Origin: a phage
Assembly (NCBI GenBank): GCA_033759635.1
Contig: GCA_033759635.1_4528.1
Length of the DNA: 64,000 nt
Reading direction: 5' to 3' (one strand)
Position 1 is the stretch's first letter. Each line of letters opens with the position of its first letter. The position numbers and the translations under genes are program-made. The notes under the pieces were generated by a model, which saw nothing but the letters and a program-made list of their open reading frames with translations, searched no databases and was not told where the DNA came from. Shown here one piece after another: positions 19,946 through 28,873 of this stretch.

Positions 19946-20223
19946 AAACATACAGTGAATTTTTATCAGAATCTATTCTTAACGAAGCTACTGACACATT
20001 TGCAACTAAGCTAGGTGCAGCTTTGGTCGAAGCCGAAAGTCTATTAGCACGTATTTCTGAACTTGCTAGTAAGATAGATACTCGCAAATTTGAGCGCACC
20101 AGTGATATCGTTAAGCTTGAAGCACTGTTGCGTATGTGCGATAAACCGGAAGAAATCGCTAAGAACGGCTCGCTGATGAAACAACGTCTTGAAAAATATA
20201 TTTCAGGCGCTTCAGAAAAATAG
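19942..20223 (+). CDS. internal-protein-like protein with capsid targeting sequence
   Basis: ORF 19927..20223 trimmed to [11 protein letters not shown]...; targeting-sequence-like N-terminus; adjacent to e as T4 ipIII is. Confidence 0.55.
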   Translation: MKTYSEFLSESILNEATDTFATKLGAALVEAESLLARISELASKIDTRKFERTSDIVKLEALLRMCDKPEEIAKNGSLMKQRLEKYISGASEK

Positions 20224-20224
20224 T

Positions 20225-20278
20225 GTTTACTTCCTCCAAGGGTTTTGATACTATACATTCATCAACTACTTGGAGGAA
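20225..20278 (+). promoter_or_regulatory. early promoter cassette with long-range inverted repeat
   Basis: GTTTAC; TTCCTCCAAG ... CTTGGAGGAA inverted repeat bracketing GATACTATA; the right arm carries the RBS of denV. Confidence 0.5.
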
Positions 20279-20281
20279 ATT

Positions 20282-20695
20282 ATGACTCGTATCAATTTAA
20301 CACTTGTTTCTGAACTGGCCGACCAACATCTTATGGCTGAGTATCGTGAATTACCTCGTGTATTCGGTGCAGTCCGTAAACATGTTCAAAACGGTAAACG
20401 TGTAAAGGATTTTAAAATCTCTCCAACATTTATCTTAGGCACGGGTCACGTAACATTCTTTTACGACAAACTCGAATTTTTACGTTTACGCCAAATCGAG
20501 CTAATCGCTGAATGTTTGAAACGTGGTTTCAAAATCAAGGACACGACTGTCCAGGATATTTCCGACATCCCTGCCGAATTTCGTAATAATTATGTCCCGT
20601 CCGAAGCGTCCATTGCGATAAGTCAAGCACGCTTAGATGAAAAAATTGCTCAACGTCCGACTTGGTACAAATACTATGGTAAATCAATTTACTAA
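20282..20695 (+). CDS. denV: endonuclease V, pyrimidine-dimer DNA glycosylase (DenV)
   Basis: [34 protein letters not shown]... colinear with T4 endonuclease V; 137 aa. Confidence 0.95.
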   Translation: MTRINLTLVSELADQHLMAEYRELPRVFGAVRKHVQNGKRVKDFKISPTFILGTGHVTFFYDKLEFLRLRQIELIAECLKRGFKIKDTTVQDISDIPAEFRNNYVPSEASIAISQARLDEKIAQRPTWYKYYGKSIY

Positions 20696-20701
20696 GGAAA
20701 A

Positions 20702-20962
20702 ATGAAAATGTATCAAGAATTTATCACTGAAGCAGATGCCAAAGGTCCTAAATTTAAAGTTAAAGCTTTCATTGGTGATGCCGAAGACTTTGGCTCATTA
20801 AAACGTAATGGGTATTCTTTCTTAGGTGGCGATGGTAAAGAAATCAACACCTATGCAAAACGTAGTGAAATTGCTTATGTTGTAGTAAATCCTAAAGTAG
20901 ATGTTGACGATATTGGATACGATTTTAACAACTTCGGAATTATTTCTGGCGGTAAAGCTTAA
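20702..20962 (+). CDS. internal-protein-like protein with capsid targeting sequence
   Basis: N-terminus MKMYQEFITEA; 86 aa. Confidence 0.55.
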   Translation: MKMYQEFITEADAKGPKFKVKAFIGDAEDFGSLKRNGYSFLGGDGKEINTYAKRSEIAYVVVNPKVDVDDIGYDFNNFGIISGGKA

Positions 20963-21026
20963 ATTGTTTACGCTTAAGTATTAATATGGTATAATTACTC
21001 TATCAAAACAAACAAGGAAACAAAAA

Positions 21027-21329
21027 ATGAAAACATATCAAGAATTTATTACTGAAGCGCGAGTGAGTGCAGGTAAATTAGAAGCCGCTATAAATAAAAA
21101 GGCCCATTCATTTCATGATTTGTCCGATAAAGACCGTAAGAAACTTGTAAGCCTTTATATTGACAAAGAGCGTATTCTCGCTCTTCCTGGCGCTAATGAA
21201 GGTAAACAGGCCAAGCCTTTGAATGCTGTCGAAAAGAAAATTGATAACTTTGCTTCTAAATTCGGTATGTCTATGGATGACCTTCAGCAAGCGGCTATCG
21301 AAGCAGCTAAAGTAATTAAAGGTAAATAA
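21027..21329 (+). CDS. internal-protein-like protein with capsid targeting sequence
   Basis: N-terminus MKTYQEFITEA (near-consensus targeting sequence); 100 aa. Confidence 0.6.
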   Translation: MKTYQEFITEARVSAGKLEAAINKKAHSFHDLSDKDRKKLVSLYIDKERILALPGANEGKQAKPLNAVEKKIDNFASKFGMSMDDLQQAAIEAAKVIKGK

Positions 21330-21442
21330 CAGTTTACTTTCTCCTAGAATTGTGATAGTATATTCATAATTACTTAGAGGGGTAAATACAGAAATGGACA
21401 ATTCATGCGCCACGGAATGGCCCAACCTAAAAGAGAAACTAA

Positions 21443-21982
21443 ATGAGAACATTTTTAACTGGTCCTTATCTATCCCTGATGAATGCTTTTACACACCATT
21501 CTGATGCTAGAGTAGAAGAAATTTGTAAGAACGGTTATGCCCCACCATTTGAAGACGTACTCAAGCAGTACTGTACACTTCGTTTAGACGGCGGCAGACA
21601 ATCCGGTAAATCAATTGCTGTGACTAATTTTGCTGCTAATTGGTTGTATGATGGCGGAACAGTTATTGTTCTTTCTAATACTTCAGCTTACGCTAAAATT
21701 TCTGCCGGCAACATTGAAAAAGAATTTTCTCGATATTCTAGCGATGATATTCGATTCCGTTTATTTACTGATTCTGTCCGTAGTTTTATTGGTAATGAAG
21801 GACATAAATTCCGTGGATTAACGCTTTCTCGTATTCTGTACATAATTGACGAGCCTATTAAAGCTCCTGATATGGATAAGATTTACGACATCCATATTAA
21901 AACAGTCCAACACTGTTGCAAAAGCAAATATTGCATCGGTGGTATTGCTCGTCCTCAATTTTTTGTGATTGGAATGCAATGA
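21443..21982 (+). CDS. hypothetical P-loop protein
   Basis: Walker-A-like GGRQSGKS; 179 aa. Confidence 0.45.
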   Translation: MRTFLTGPYLSLMNAFTHHSDARVEEICKNGYAPPFEDVLKQYCTLRLDGGRQSGKSIAVTNFAANWLYDGGTVIVLSNTSAYAKISAGNIEKEFSRYSSDDIRFRLFTDSVRSFIGNEGHKFRGLTLSRILYIIDEPIKAPDMDKIYDIHIKTVQHCCKSKYCIGGIARPQFFVIGMQ

Positions 21983-22287
21983 TGACCACTATTGAAGTTT
22001 TTGAGCATTGTTATAACAGCCCAGTATGTAATAAAAGGGCCCTTGTAGAAAATTATGAGATTTACCATTTTAAACCTAAACGATACCGTTTGACTAAAGG
22101 TCCGTTCGCAGGGCAGCAGGTTCTTTGTACTGCTCCTAATGCACGGTTGATGACTAGTATTCCGCATTTCAAAATGGAATTTATTGATGGGCCATTTAAG
22201 GGATTAATAACTCAAAGTTTAATGGCGTTTAATTCCGATCCATTTTTGATTAAAGAAAAATCTTGGATAAATTTATTTTCTAATTGA
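21979..22287 (+). CDS. hypothetical protein
   Basis: ORF 21916..22287 trimmed to the Met overlapping the previous stop (MMTTIEVFEH...). Confidence 0.45.
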   Translation: MMTTIEVFEHCYNSPVCNKRALVENYEIYHFKPKRYRLTKGPFAGQQVLCTAPNARLMTSIPHFKMEFIDGPFKGLITQSLMAFNSDPFLIKEKSWINLFSN

Positions 22288-22293
22288 GGTTAT

Positions 22294-22656
22294 ATGAAAG
22301 CATATCAAATTCTTGAAGGTGAACATAAAGGCACTATTTATTTTGAAGACTGTACTCAAGCCCGGATTATTGTCTCTAAGACTTTTAAAGAAGACGCTAT
22401 TGTAGATCCAGAAATTTTCTACGGTTTGAATGCTCGTGAAATTGAAATTGAACATCAACCTAAAGTTAAAATTGAAGGTGGTCAACACCTGAACGTTAAC
22501 GTTCTGCGTCGCGAAACTCTGGAAGATGCAGTTAAGCATCCAGAAAAATATCCGCAGCTGACCATCCGTGTATCCGGTTATGCAGTTCGCTTTAACTCTC
22601 TGACTCCGGAACAGCAGCGCGACGTTATCGCTCGTACCTTTACCGAGAGTCTATAA
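22294..22656 (+). CDS. autonomous glycyl-radical cofactor (GrcA/YfiD-like)
   Basis: C-terminal glycyl-radical domain ...[29 protein letters not shown]; about 120 aa, the size of E. coli GrcA and T4 Y06I. Confidence 0.8.
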   Translation: MKAYQILEGEHKGTIYFEDCTQARIIVSKTFKEDAIVDPEIFYGLNAREIEIEHQPKVKIEGGQHLNVNVLRRETLEDAVKHPEKYPQLTIRVSGYAVRFNSLTPEQQRDVIARTFTESL

Positions 22657-22880
22657 TGGCTAAATTGATTATAGAAGGGTCTGAAGATGTTTTAAAATGT
22701 TTTGCCGCCTGGTTTAGTTGCTCAGGCGAGCAATCATTCATTGAAGCATTTAGAATGGGTGATATTACTGGAAACTATCCGACAACTGATATCACTGTAC
22801 GTGGATATGGTATTAATGAGCCTATCCAATTGGTCGAATATGACCTTGCCACAGATGAGGAAATTCCTTATGTCGATTGA
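22656..22880 (+). CDS. hypothetical protein
   Basis: 74-aa ORF, ATGA-coupled to the GrcA-like gene. Confidence 0.45.
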   Translation: MAKLIIEGSEDVLKCFAAWFSCSGEQSFIEAFRMGDITGNYPTTDITVRGYGINEPIQLVEYDLATDEEIPYVD

Positions 22881-23136
22881 AGATATTAAAGGCTACAAGC
22901 CACATACCGACGATAAAATCAGTAAAGTGAACGCTATTAAAGATGCAGAAGTCCGTCTTGGATTGATGTTTGATGCTCTGATTGAAGAAGCATATATCTT
23001 AAAAGAAAATGAAACAGAGCAACAAACCAAAGAAGATATGGATGCAGTGCAGGCTCTTAAGTATGCTAAGCAACATCTAAAAGAAGCTAGTATGTGGGCT
23101 TGTCGTGCGGTATTTCAACCAGAGGAAAAATACTAA
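22870..23136 (+). CDS. hypothetical protein
   Basis: Taken from long ORF 22702..23136 at the internal Met ([12 protein letters not shown]...) to avoid overlap. Confidence 0.45.
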   Translation: MSIEDIKGYKPHTDDKISKVNAIKDAEVRLGLMFDALIEEAYILKENETEQQTKEDMDAVQALKYAKQHLKEASMWACRAVFQPEEKY

Positions 23137-23435
23137 TGGCTCAAATCCTATCAGGCTTTGGAACTCATTATGAAGCATCTCGACGCATAACTGAAAGCAA
23201 TCCTTTTGGCCTTGTTCCGAAGCACAAGAAAATTCAAAGCCTTGATGACTTTGAGAATCGCCTATGGGCCCTCTTTAATGAGTACAAGGCATATCTGAAA
23301 GAAGACGCTGACGATTGTCTTGAAGAAGATGAGATTGCGTATTACGAACAACGCCTTGAACAGCTCAAGAACTTCCACCAGGTTCGTGACGAAGTATCTA
23401 AAGCAGTTAAAAAGTTAATTCCTTTCAAAGAGTAG
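23136..23435 (+). CDS. hypothetical protein
   Basis: ORF 23094..23435 trimmed to MAQILSGFG...; TAATG coupling. Confidence 0.45.
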   Translation: MAQILSGFGTHYEASRRITESNPFGLVPKHKKIQSLDDFENRLWALFNEYKAYLKEDADDCLEEDEIAYYEQRLEQLKNFHQVRDEVSKAVKKLIPFKE

Positions 23436-23485
23436 TTTACTTCTCCTCTAGTTGTGTTACTATAGACCTGTCAACTAGAGGAGAA
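23435..23485 (+). promoter_or_regulatory. early promoter cassette with long-range inverted repeat
   Basis: GTTTAC; TTCTCCTCTAGTTG ... CAACTAGAGGAGAA bracketing TGTTACTATAG; right arm includes the regB RBS. Confidence 0.5.
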
Positions 23486-23491
23486 ATCAAA

Positions 23492-23950
23492 ATGACTATC
23501 AATTCAGACGTTTTTATCCGCCGTAATAAACTCCGTCGAATCTTTGAAACGGAGTTCCGCAAAATAAATGCCGGTATAAAAGATGCTGCAAAGTCTCTTG
23601 GACTACCAGGCTTTCATATCAAGTATTCTCAACATCTCTTAGATCGTGCCATCCAGAGAGAAATAGATGAGAATTACGTTTTTGAATTATTTCGTAAAGT
23701 AAAAAATCATGTTAAAGAAGTTGCAGAATTTTTATCAATGCCGGCACGTCCAGATGTTGATGAAGATTTTGTCGAAGGTGTCGAATATCGCCCAGGCCGT
23801 TTAGAAATAACTGATGGAAATCTTTGGTTAGGACTTACAGTCTGTCGCGAAAATCCAGCATTCAAAATGAAGACTCTTCAATGTAGAATGGCTATTATTA
23901 ACAGTAAACGACTACCAGGAAAAGCTTCTAAAGCAGTGATTAAAATCTAG
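23492..23950 (+). CDS. regB: RegB site-specific endoribonuclease
   Basis: MTINSDVFIRRNKLRR...KYSQHLLDRAIQREIDE...GVEYRPGRLEITDGNLWLG... matches T4 RegB as recalled from memory (not searched); 152 aa. Confidence 0.8.
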   Translation: MTINSDVFIRRNKLRRIFETEFRKINAGIKDAAKSLGLPGFHIKYSQHLLDRAIQREIDENYVFELFRKVKNHVKEVAEFLSMPARPDVDEDFVEGVEYRPGRLEITDGNLWLGLTVCRENPAFKMKTLQCRMAIINSKRLPGKASKAVIKI

Positions 23951-23958
23951 AGGTAAAC

Positions 23959-24501
23959 ATGAGAAAAGCACTACTCGCTGGTCTATTTGCTCTTTCGTTA
24001 TCAGCACATAGCTCCGAGCATACTTTTAGTAATGTCCAACTCGATAACTTGAATTATGCTTATCAGTTTGGGGAACAGTTTTCTAAGGACGGAAAATTTA
24101 AAACGCATGAAAATATGCATAAGAAAGGACTTGGATACATAATGGCCGCAATACTATGGCAAGAATCATCTGCCGGTATTAATCTTAAAGATAAGAAAGG
24201 TCACCATGCGTATGGAATGTTCCAAAATTATCTACCGACAATGAGGGCAAGAATTAACCAGCTTGGTTATAATATGTCTGATGCCCAAATTAAGAAAATG
24301 CTATCTAAGCGGTCTAATTCGGCCAGATGGGCTTATATCGAATTTTCTTATTGGTTAAATATACATAACGGGGATATAAGAAAAGCTATATCCTCATATA
24401 ATGCGGGGTGGAAGACAAGTGCTGGAAGTAAATATGCTTCTGAAGTCCTAGAAAAGGCTAATTACCTTAAATCAAATAAACTACTGGAAATAAAAGAATG
24501 A
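23959..24501 (+). CDS. exported lytic transglycosylase (SLT domain)
   Basis: N-terminal signal peptide; SLT motifs in order: ES (LWQESSAG), GLMQ-like (YGMFQ), AYNAG-like (SYNAGW). Confidence 0.65.
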   Translation: MRKALLAGLFALSLSAHSSEHTFSNVQLDNLNYAYQFGEQFSKDGKFKTHENMHKKGLGYIMAAILWQESSAGINLKDKKGHHAYGMFQNYLPTMRARINQLGYNMSDAQIKKMLSKRSNSARWAYIEFSYWLNIHNGDIRKAISSYNAGWKTSAGSKYASEVLEKANYLKSNKLLEIKE

Positions 24502-24845
24502 CCAAAATGTTAGCTTTAATAGTTGGCTTGGTTTCATTTAACGCTCTTGCTAATACTACATATACTGATGTAACGGAGTATACAAACAGAACGGCGTCTG
24601 ATTATTGTGGTAAAAGTCAAGAGTGTAAAGTAGATTTTTCACAAAAATTGTTATATGCGTATAAAGACGGAGAAAAAGATGGGGCGTCTAGTAGGTTCAA
24701 GGCGTCTACCTTAATTAAAAGATACTATAAAAAATGGCAAATATTAGAATGCTCGGTGGCGGAACCTAAAGATAAGGCAGCATGCAATTCTATGGTGGAC
24801 CGTCTAGTTGACTCTTATACTAGAGGACTTGCAGCAAGTGATTAA
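24498..24845 (+). CDS. exported Cys-containing protein
   Basis: Signal peptide (MTKMLALIVGLVSFNALA), four Cys; ATGA-coupled to the transglycosylase gene. Confidence 0.5.
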   Translation: MTKMLALIVGLVSFNALANTTYTDVTEYTNRTASDYCGKSQECKVDFSQKLLYAYKDGEKDGASSRFKASTLIKRYYKKWQILECSVAEPKDKAACNSMVDRLVDSYTRGLAASD

Positions 24846-25305
24846 AAACTATATCAAGGGCGATATTGTCGCCCTGTTTTCTAAAGGTAATAATATTGCT
24901 CATGGGTGCAATTGTTTTCATACAATGGGTGCCGGTGTAGCAGGTCAATTGGCAAAGGCTTATCCAAAAATTTTAGAAGCCGATAAACTTCAAACCGAAT
25001 TCGGAGACGAGTCTAAACTCGGGACTTATTCGGTTTATGAAAAATATTTTAAGACCCATAAAGCTTATTGCTTTAATCTTTATACACAGTTTGAGCCGGG
25101 ACCTAATTTTGAGTACTCTGCTTTAATGAATTGTATAATAGAATTAAATGAATTCGGAAAAAATAAGATAACAAAGCCTGTAATTTATATGCCAAGAATT
25201 GGTGCAGGTATTGGTGGTGGAAACTGGGATGTCATCGAAGAGATTTTAGATACGTATTCCACTAAACTAGAAATTGTGATTGTTGATTGGGAACCATTGT
25301 TATGA
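24808..25305 (+). CDS. macro domain protein (putative ADP-ribose binding/hydrolase)
   Basis: Macro-domain signature N-x-A-x(5)-G-x-G-V-x-G (NIAHGCNCFHTMGAGVAGQLAKAYP); track start is TTG at 24808, GTG at 24838 is an alternative. Confidence 0.6.
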   Translation: MTLILEDLQQVIKNYIKGDIVALFSKGNNIAHGCNCFHTMGAGVAGQLAKAYPKILEADKLQTEFGDESKLGTYSVYEKYFKTHKAYCFNLYTQFEPGPNFEYSALMNCIIELNEFGKNKITKPVIYMPRIGAGIGGGNWDVIEEILDTYSTKLEIVIVDWEPLL

Positions 25306-25514
25306 ATGTGCATTATCCTCACCCGTATGACCCAAAGAATAAAGCAGTTATTATTCGTGAATGGGAAGAAATTCGTCAGACTAAGTGTCCTATTAATAGT
25401 CCACATGATGTCGATAAAGACTACATTGGAACATTCGTTGAATATACCTTTATTGATAAGAAAGGTCGTAAACAGCATGTAGAAGAATACTGCTTAAAGG
25501 TGACATGGTTATGA
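25302..25514 (+). CDS. hypothetical protein
   Basis: ORF 25287..25514 trimmed to MNVHYPHPYD... Confidence 0.45.
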   Translation: MNVHYPHPYDPKNKAVIIREWEEIRQTKCPINSPHDVDKDYIGTFVEYTFIDKKGRKQHVEEYCLKVTWL

Positions 25515-25696
25515 GTTTAAGTAAAGAACAAAAAGACAAACTCTTTTCTCTTATCCATGAAGTTATGGATAAAAATAGCGAATTGGAAAAAGTTTGTAAT
25601 GAATGTGGTCCTTTTAATACTGACGAATACGAAGAACTGTGTAAAGATTTTGACGATAAAGAGCAAGAACTTATTGATTATATAAATTCATTATGA
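25505..25696 (+). CDS. small acidic hypothetical protein
   Basis: 63 aa; similar in size and composition to the next ORF. Confidence 0.45.
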   Translation: MVMSLSKEQKDKLFSLIHEVMDKNSELEKVCNECGPFNTDEYEELCKDFDDKEQELIDYINSL

Positions 25697-25890
25697 TTAC
25701 TCGCGAACAAAAGAACGAAATATTATTTTTAGTTGGTGAAATTATTAGTTTAGAAAAGGATTTGTCTTTTGAAATATCTTCTGAATATGGAGATGCCGAA
25801 ACATATTACGAATTAGTAAAATCTATCAATAAAGCTGAAAATGATTTAGAAACATATTTAGAAAATTTAACTAAGGACTCTTATGGCTAG
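25693..25890 (+). CDS. small acidic hypothetical protein
   Basis: 65 aa, ATGA-coupled. Confidence 0.45.
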   Translation: MITREQKNEILFLVGEIISLEKDLSFEISSEYGDAETYYELVKSINKAENDLETYLENLTKDSYG

Positions 25891-26464
25891 TTTAATTTTT
25901 ACCTATGCCGCTATGAACGCTGGTAAGTCTGCTTCATTACTTACTGCCGCACATAACTATAAAGAACGTGGCATGGGTGTATTAGTTCTTAAACCTGCTA
26001 TTGATACTCGAGATTCAAAAGGTGAAATAGTCTCTCGTATTGGTATTCGTCAGGATGCCAATATAATTACAAAAGACATGGACATCTTTGAATTCTATAA
26101 ATGGGCTGCAGCACAAAAGGATATTCATTGTGTATTTGTTGACGAAGCTCAGTTCTTAACTACTGAAAAGGTGTATCAACTTAGTCGTATTGTTGACGTA
26201 TACAATGTGCCAGTAATGGCATATGGACTACGAACAGATTTTAAAGGTAATCTATTTGAAGGTTCTCAAGCATTAATGGCTATTGCCGATAAGCTTGTTG
26301 AACTTAAAGGTGTCTGTCATTGCGGTAAAAAGGCCACAATGGTAGCTAGAGTCACGGAAGATGGACTTCCAATTACAGATGGTGGACAAATTGAAATTGG
26401 TGATACCGATAGATACGTGTCATTATGCCGGAAGCATTGGAATGATTTGACAGGGATGTTATAA
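25883..26464 (+). CDS. tk: thymidine kinase
   Basis: P-loop YAAMNAGKS, VDEAQF, C-terminal Zn-ribbon CHCGKKA...CRKH; 193 aa as T4 Tk. Confidence 0.9.
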   Translation: MASLIFTYAAMNAGKSASLLTAAHNYKERGMGVLVLKPAIDTRDSKGEIVSRIGIRQDANIITKDMDIFEFYKWAAAQKDIHCVFVDEAQFLTTEKVYQLSRIVDVYNVPVMAYGLRTDFKGNLFEGSQALMAIADKLVELKGVCHCGKKATMVARVTEDGLPITDGGQIEIGDTDRYVSLCRKHWNDLTGML

Positions 26465-26491
26465 ATACTAATATCTAACCAAGAGGTATAT

Positions 26492-26704
26492 ATGCAGCAA
26501 TTAAACGAAAGACAACTTCGTAATCTTACTGTAACCCAATTGGATGAAATCCGAAGAGAATTAGGACATTCTATTTCTCATTTAAATGAGGATATCCGTC
26601 AAACTGGTTCTAAAGCTGATTATACACGCAAGCGCAAGCTGGAAAAATACCTCACAGATGTTAAGGCCGTCCAAAGGCGAAAAATAAATACTGGCCAAAA
26701 TTAA
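26492..26704 (+). CDS. hypothetical protein
   Basis: 70-aa basic ORF between tk and rI. Confidence 0.45.
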   Translation: MQQLNERQLRNLTVTQLDEIRRELGHSISHLNEDIRQTGSKADYTRKRKLEKYLTDVKAVQRRKINTGQN

Positions 26705-26716
26705 CAGGAGGCCTAT

Positions 26717-27019
26717 ATGGCCTTAAGAGCGATAGCTGTCATAGCGATGCTGGGGTTTTTTGCAGCAACAACTCCTATCGTTGGTACTGCACATATTGAC
26801 CCATATTTTGATAACTTTATGGAATCAGGGATTAAAAACGTATATACTTTGTTTGAAATTCAAAATGTCGAGAATTCTGAAAAATTCTATAAGTATATGG
26901 CAAAGCATTACAAAAATAGCCCCTGTGATGATGCATTTGAATGTCATGAACAAGGCATAAAAACTGCCAGACAATTTGCTGAGTTCATGAAAATAAAATT
27001 AGAGCCTACATCTATCTAA
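26717..27019 (+). CDS. rI: RI lysis-inhibition antiholin
   Basis: N-terminal signal-anchor-like segment then DPYFDNFMESGIKNVYTLFE...SPCDDAFEC..., colinear with T4 RI as recalled from memory; 100 aa; next to tk as in T4. Confidence 0.8.
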   Translation: MALRAIAVIAMLGFFAATTPIVGTAHIDPYFDNFMESGIKNVYTLFEIQNVENSEKFYKYMAKHYKNSPCDDAFECHEQGIKTARQFAEFMKIKLEPTSI

Positions 27020-27025
27020 TTTACT

Positions 27026-27053
27026 AGCCCCTTCCTTATGGTTGGGGCTTTTT
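27026..27053 (+). terminator. rho-independent terminator (repeated cassette, copy 3)
   Basis: AGCCCC-ttccttatggtt-GGGGCT + TTTT, followed by ggcatcta as in copy 2. Confidence 0.7.
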
Positions 27054-27064
27054 GGCATCTATCA

Positions 27065-27116
27065 GTTTACTTCTCCTCAGGTTGTGTTATAGTAGTCCTT
27101 ACTTACTAGAGGAGAA
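27065..27116 (+). promoter_or_regulatory. early promoter cassette with long-range inverted repeat
   Basis: GTTTAC; TTCTCCTC ... GAGGAGAA bracketing TGTTATAGT. Confidence 0.5.
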
Positions 27117-27120
27117 CGTT

Positions 27121-27300
27121 ATGACACGTAAAGAAAAGATTTCTAAGTTGATGTTTTTGATTGAAGAGTACGCTAATGCGGTATCTGATTGGGAAAATGC
27201 TCATGGTTGCGAAGATGGAGACATCGACATTAACAGAGCTATGAAAAAGATGGCCGACGCCCACACTGAATTGCAAATGTATGTTAACGAGATTATGTGA
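27121..27300 (+). CDS. hypothetical protein
   Basis: ORF 27052..27300 trimmed to MTRKEKISKL... downstream of the promoter. Confidence 0.45.
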   Translation: MTRKEKISKLMFLIEEYANAVSDWENAHGCEDGDIDINRAMKKMADAHTELQMYVNEIM

Positions 27301-27307
27301 GGATATT

Positions 27308-27514
27308 ATGCTTTACGATTATACTGGAAAATCTGAAGACGGTGTGCTTGAACTTTTACCTGAAAGCGCTGAAGATGATGATATGGTGGCAATGTTTTGT
27401 AAAAATGGTCCTGGGGATAAGGGATGGATTTATCTTCGCCAAGAAAATGACCTAATTGTTTTAGACCCAAAACAAGTTGAAGAACTTTATCAACATTTAA
27501 AACACAATCGGTAG
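27308..27514 (+). CDS. hypothetical protein
   Basis: ORF 27281..27514 trimmed to MLYDYTGKSE... with GAGGA RBS. Confidence 0.45.
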   Translation: MLYDYTGKSEDGVLELLPESAEDDDMVAMFCKNGPGDKGWIYLRQENDLIVLDPKQVEELYQHLKHNR

Positions 27515-27551
27515 TTTACATCTTGGTAGGACTATGTTATAGTAGTCCTAC
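27514..27551 (+). promoter_or_regulatory. early promoter cassette with stem-loop (PeSL-type)
   Basis: GTTTAC + GGTAGGACTA-tgTTATAG-TAGTCCTACC (10-bp arms). Confidence 0.55.
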
Positions 27552-27572
27552 CAAAACAAACGGAGAACAAAA

Positions 27573-27683
27573 TGAAACTTTTGCTTATCGCTTATGTTGT
27601 AGTACAATACAATTATCCGATGTTTACTTATAACATGGTAAACGGCATAGTGAATCTTATTGAAACGAGTATGGTAAAATGAC
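27573..27683 (+). CDS. very small hydrophobic ORF (36 aa)
   Basis: MKLLLIAYVVVQYNYPMF...; GGAG RBS directly after the promoter cassette; below track cutoff. Confidence 0.3.
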
Positions 27684-27858
27684 CCGTGAACAAGCTAATA
27701 AATTGATGGACCTTATCCGTGACCTACGTGAAGCCGATTCAGATTTGAATGATGTAGCTTATCACGCGGTAAATGATAACGGAGACTTTTATGAAAATCA
27801 GGTTGATGCGTGCCAGAATGCTTTGGTGAATTTTGTTGAAACTTTAATTGGTGAATAA
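27679..27858 (+). CDS. small hypothetical protein (59 aa)
   Basis: MTREQANKLMDLIRDLREADSDL...; ATGA-coupled; below track cutoff. Confidence 0.4.
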   Translation: MTREQANKLMDLIRDLREADSDLNDVAYHAVNDNGDFYENQVDACQNALVNFVETLIGE

Positions 27859-27859
27859 T

Positions 27860-28390
27860 ATGAAAATTGTAATTGAAACAACCGAGTTGTTTGGTGATTT
27901 ATGTATCGAAAAACGTGGTTATGTGTATGTTCTGACACAAGAAGATGATTCTGTTACTATTCTTCCTATGGAACTGGACAAGATTTTGAAACTCAATCCG
28001 CCAGGCCATGCATCTGTAATTAACATCGATGAAGACCTTCAAGTTCGTTTTTATCACGGTCTTTATAGTGGGGTTAATATCGAAACAGAAGATGAATGCC
28101 TTTCTATTAATAATTGGAAAACATTCGTCACTAAGGTGAAAGAATTAATGGAATCTGAAACAGCCAAAAAGGCCAAACTTCAATGGGCTAAATGCCGTAA
28201 TGCTTTTATTACAAATCAGGACCGCCCTGACTATACAACGGTCCTAGGCGTTAATCCTTCTTATGAAGATGGCGATGTTGTAGTTATTCGCCAAATTGAT
28301 GACCTTCGTCAACATATCGTTACATTAGACAAAGATGAAGCAGTTGCTCTTAAAGCTTATCTCGATTCTATTATCCCAACTTTGAAATAA
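27860..28390 (+). CDS. hypothetical protein
   Basis: ORF 27848..28390 trimmed to MKIVIETTEL... Confidence 0.5.
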   Translation: MKIVIETTELFGDLCIEKRGYVYVLTQEDDSVTILPMELDKILKLNPPGHASVINIDEDLQVRFYHGLYSGVNIETEDECLSINNWKTFVTKVKELMESETAKKAKLQWAKCRNAFITNQDRPDYTTVLGVNPSYEDGDVVVIRQIDDLRQHIVTLDKDEAVALKAYLDSIIPTLK

Positions 28391-28399
28391 GGAATTATT

Positions 28400-28873
28400 A
28401 TGATTATCAATGAAAACTCTTGGCACTTTAAAATTTATGCCGCGTTTAATAGTACATGGAATCGTCCGAAAACGTTGTGTGCTTATTTTTGGAAAACGTT
28501 TCTCCCGGTATTGTTTGTTTCGATTATTGGATTTGCGATTTTAGCAGCGGCCACAATCGTTGGCCATGAAATTTTAACTAAATTCTTTGTCTTTAGTAGT
28601 TTATGGTCATTGGTTCCGGCCTCAATTGGTGTAGGTGTTTTATTCATTGCATTATGTGTTGGTATTTCTATAGTTTTAGTATTAGGCATACCGTGGCTAA
28701 TCGACTTATATAGAGAGCGGAAGTATTATAAAGAAATTGAGCTCATTGCGCAAAACCAAGAACGAATTAAAAATGGACTTGAGCCTATTGAACGTAAGAA
28801 ATCATTAATAGGTGAATACCTTAAAGCTCGTAAAGAAAAAGTCTGTCCTACTCTTGAATATAAGGCTAAATAA
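28400..28873 (+). CDS. membrane protein
   Basis: Three predicted TM segments, charged C-terminal tail. Confidence 0.5.
   Translation: MIINENSWHFKIYAAFNSTWNRPKTLCAYFWKTFLPVLFVSIIGFAILAAATIVGHEILTKFFVFSSLWSLVPASIGVGVLFIALCVGISIVLVLGIPWLIDLYRERKYYKEIELIAQNQERIKNGLEPIERKKSLIGEYLKARKEKVCPTLEYKAK

Noticed and set aside
22702-23136. 144-aa ORF 22702..23136 as a single gene.
   Set aside because: Its 5' two-thirds overlap ORF 22656..22880 in another frame; only the 3' part from Met 22870 was kept.
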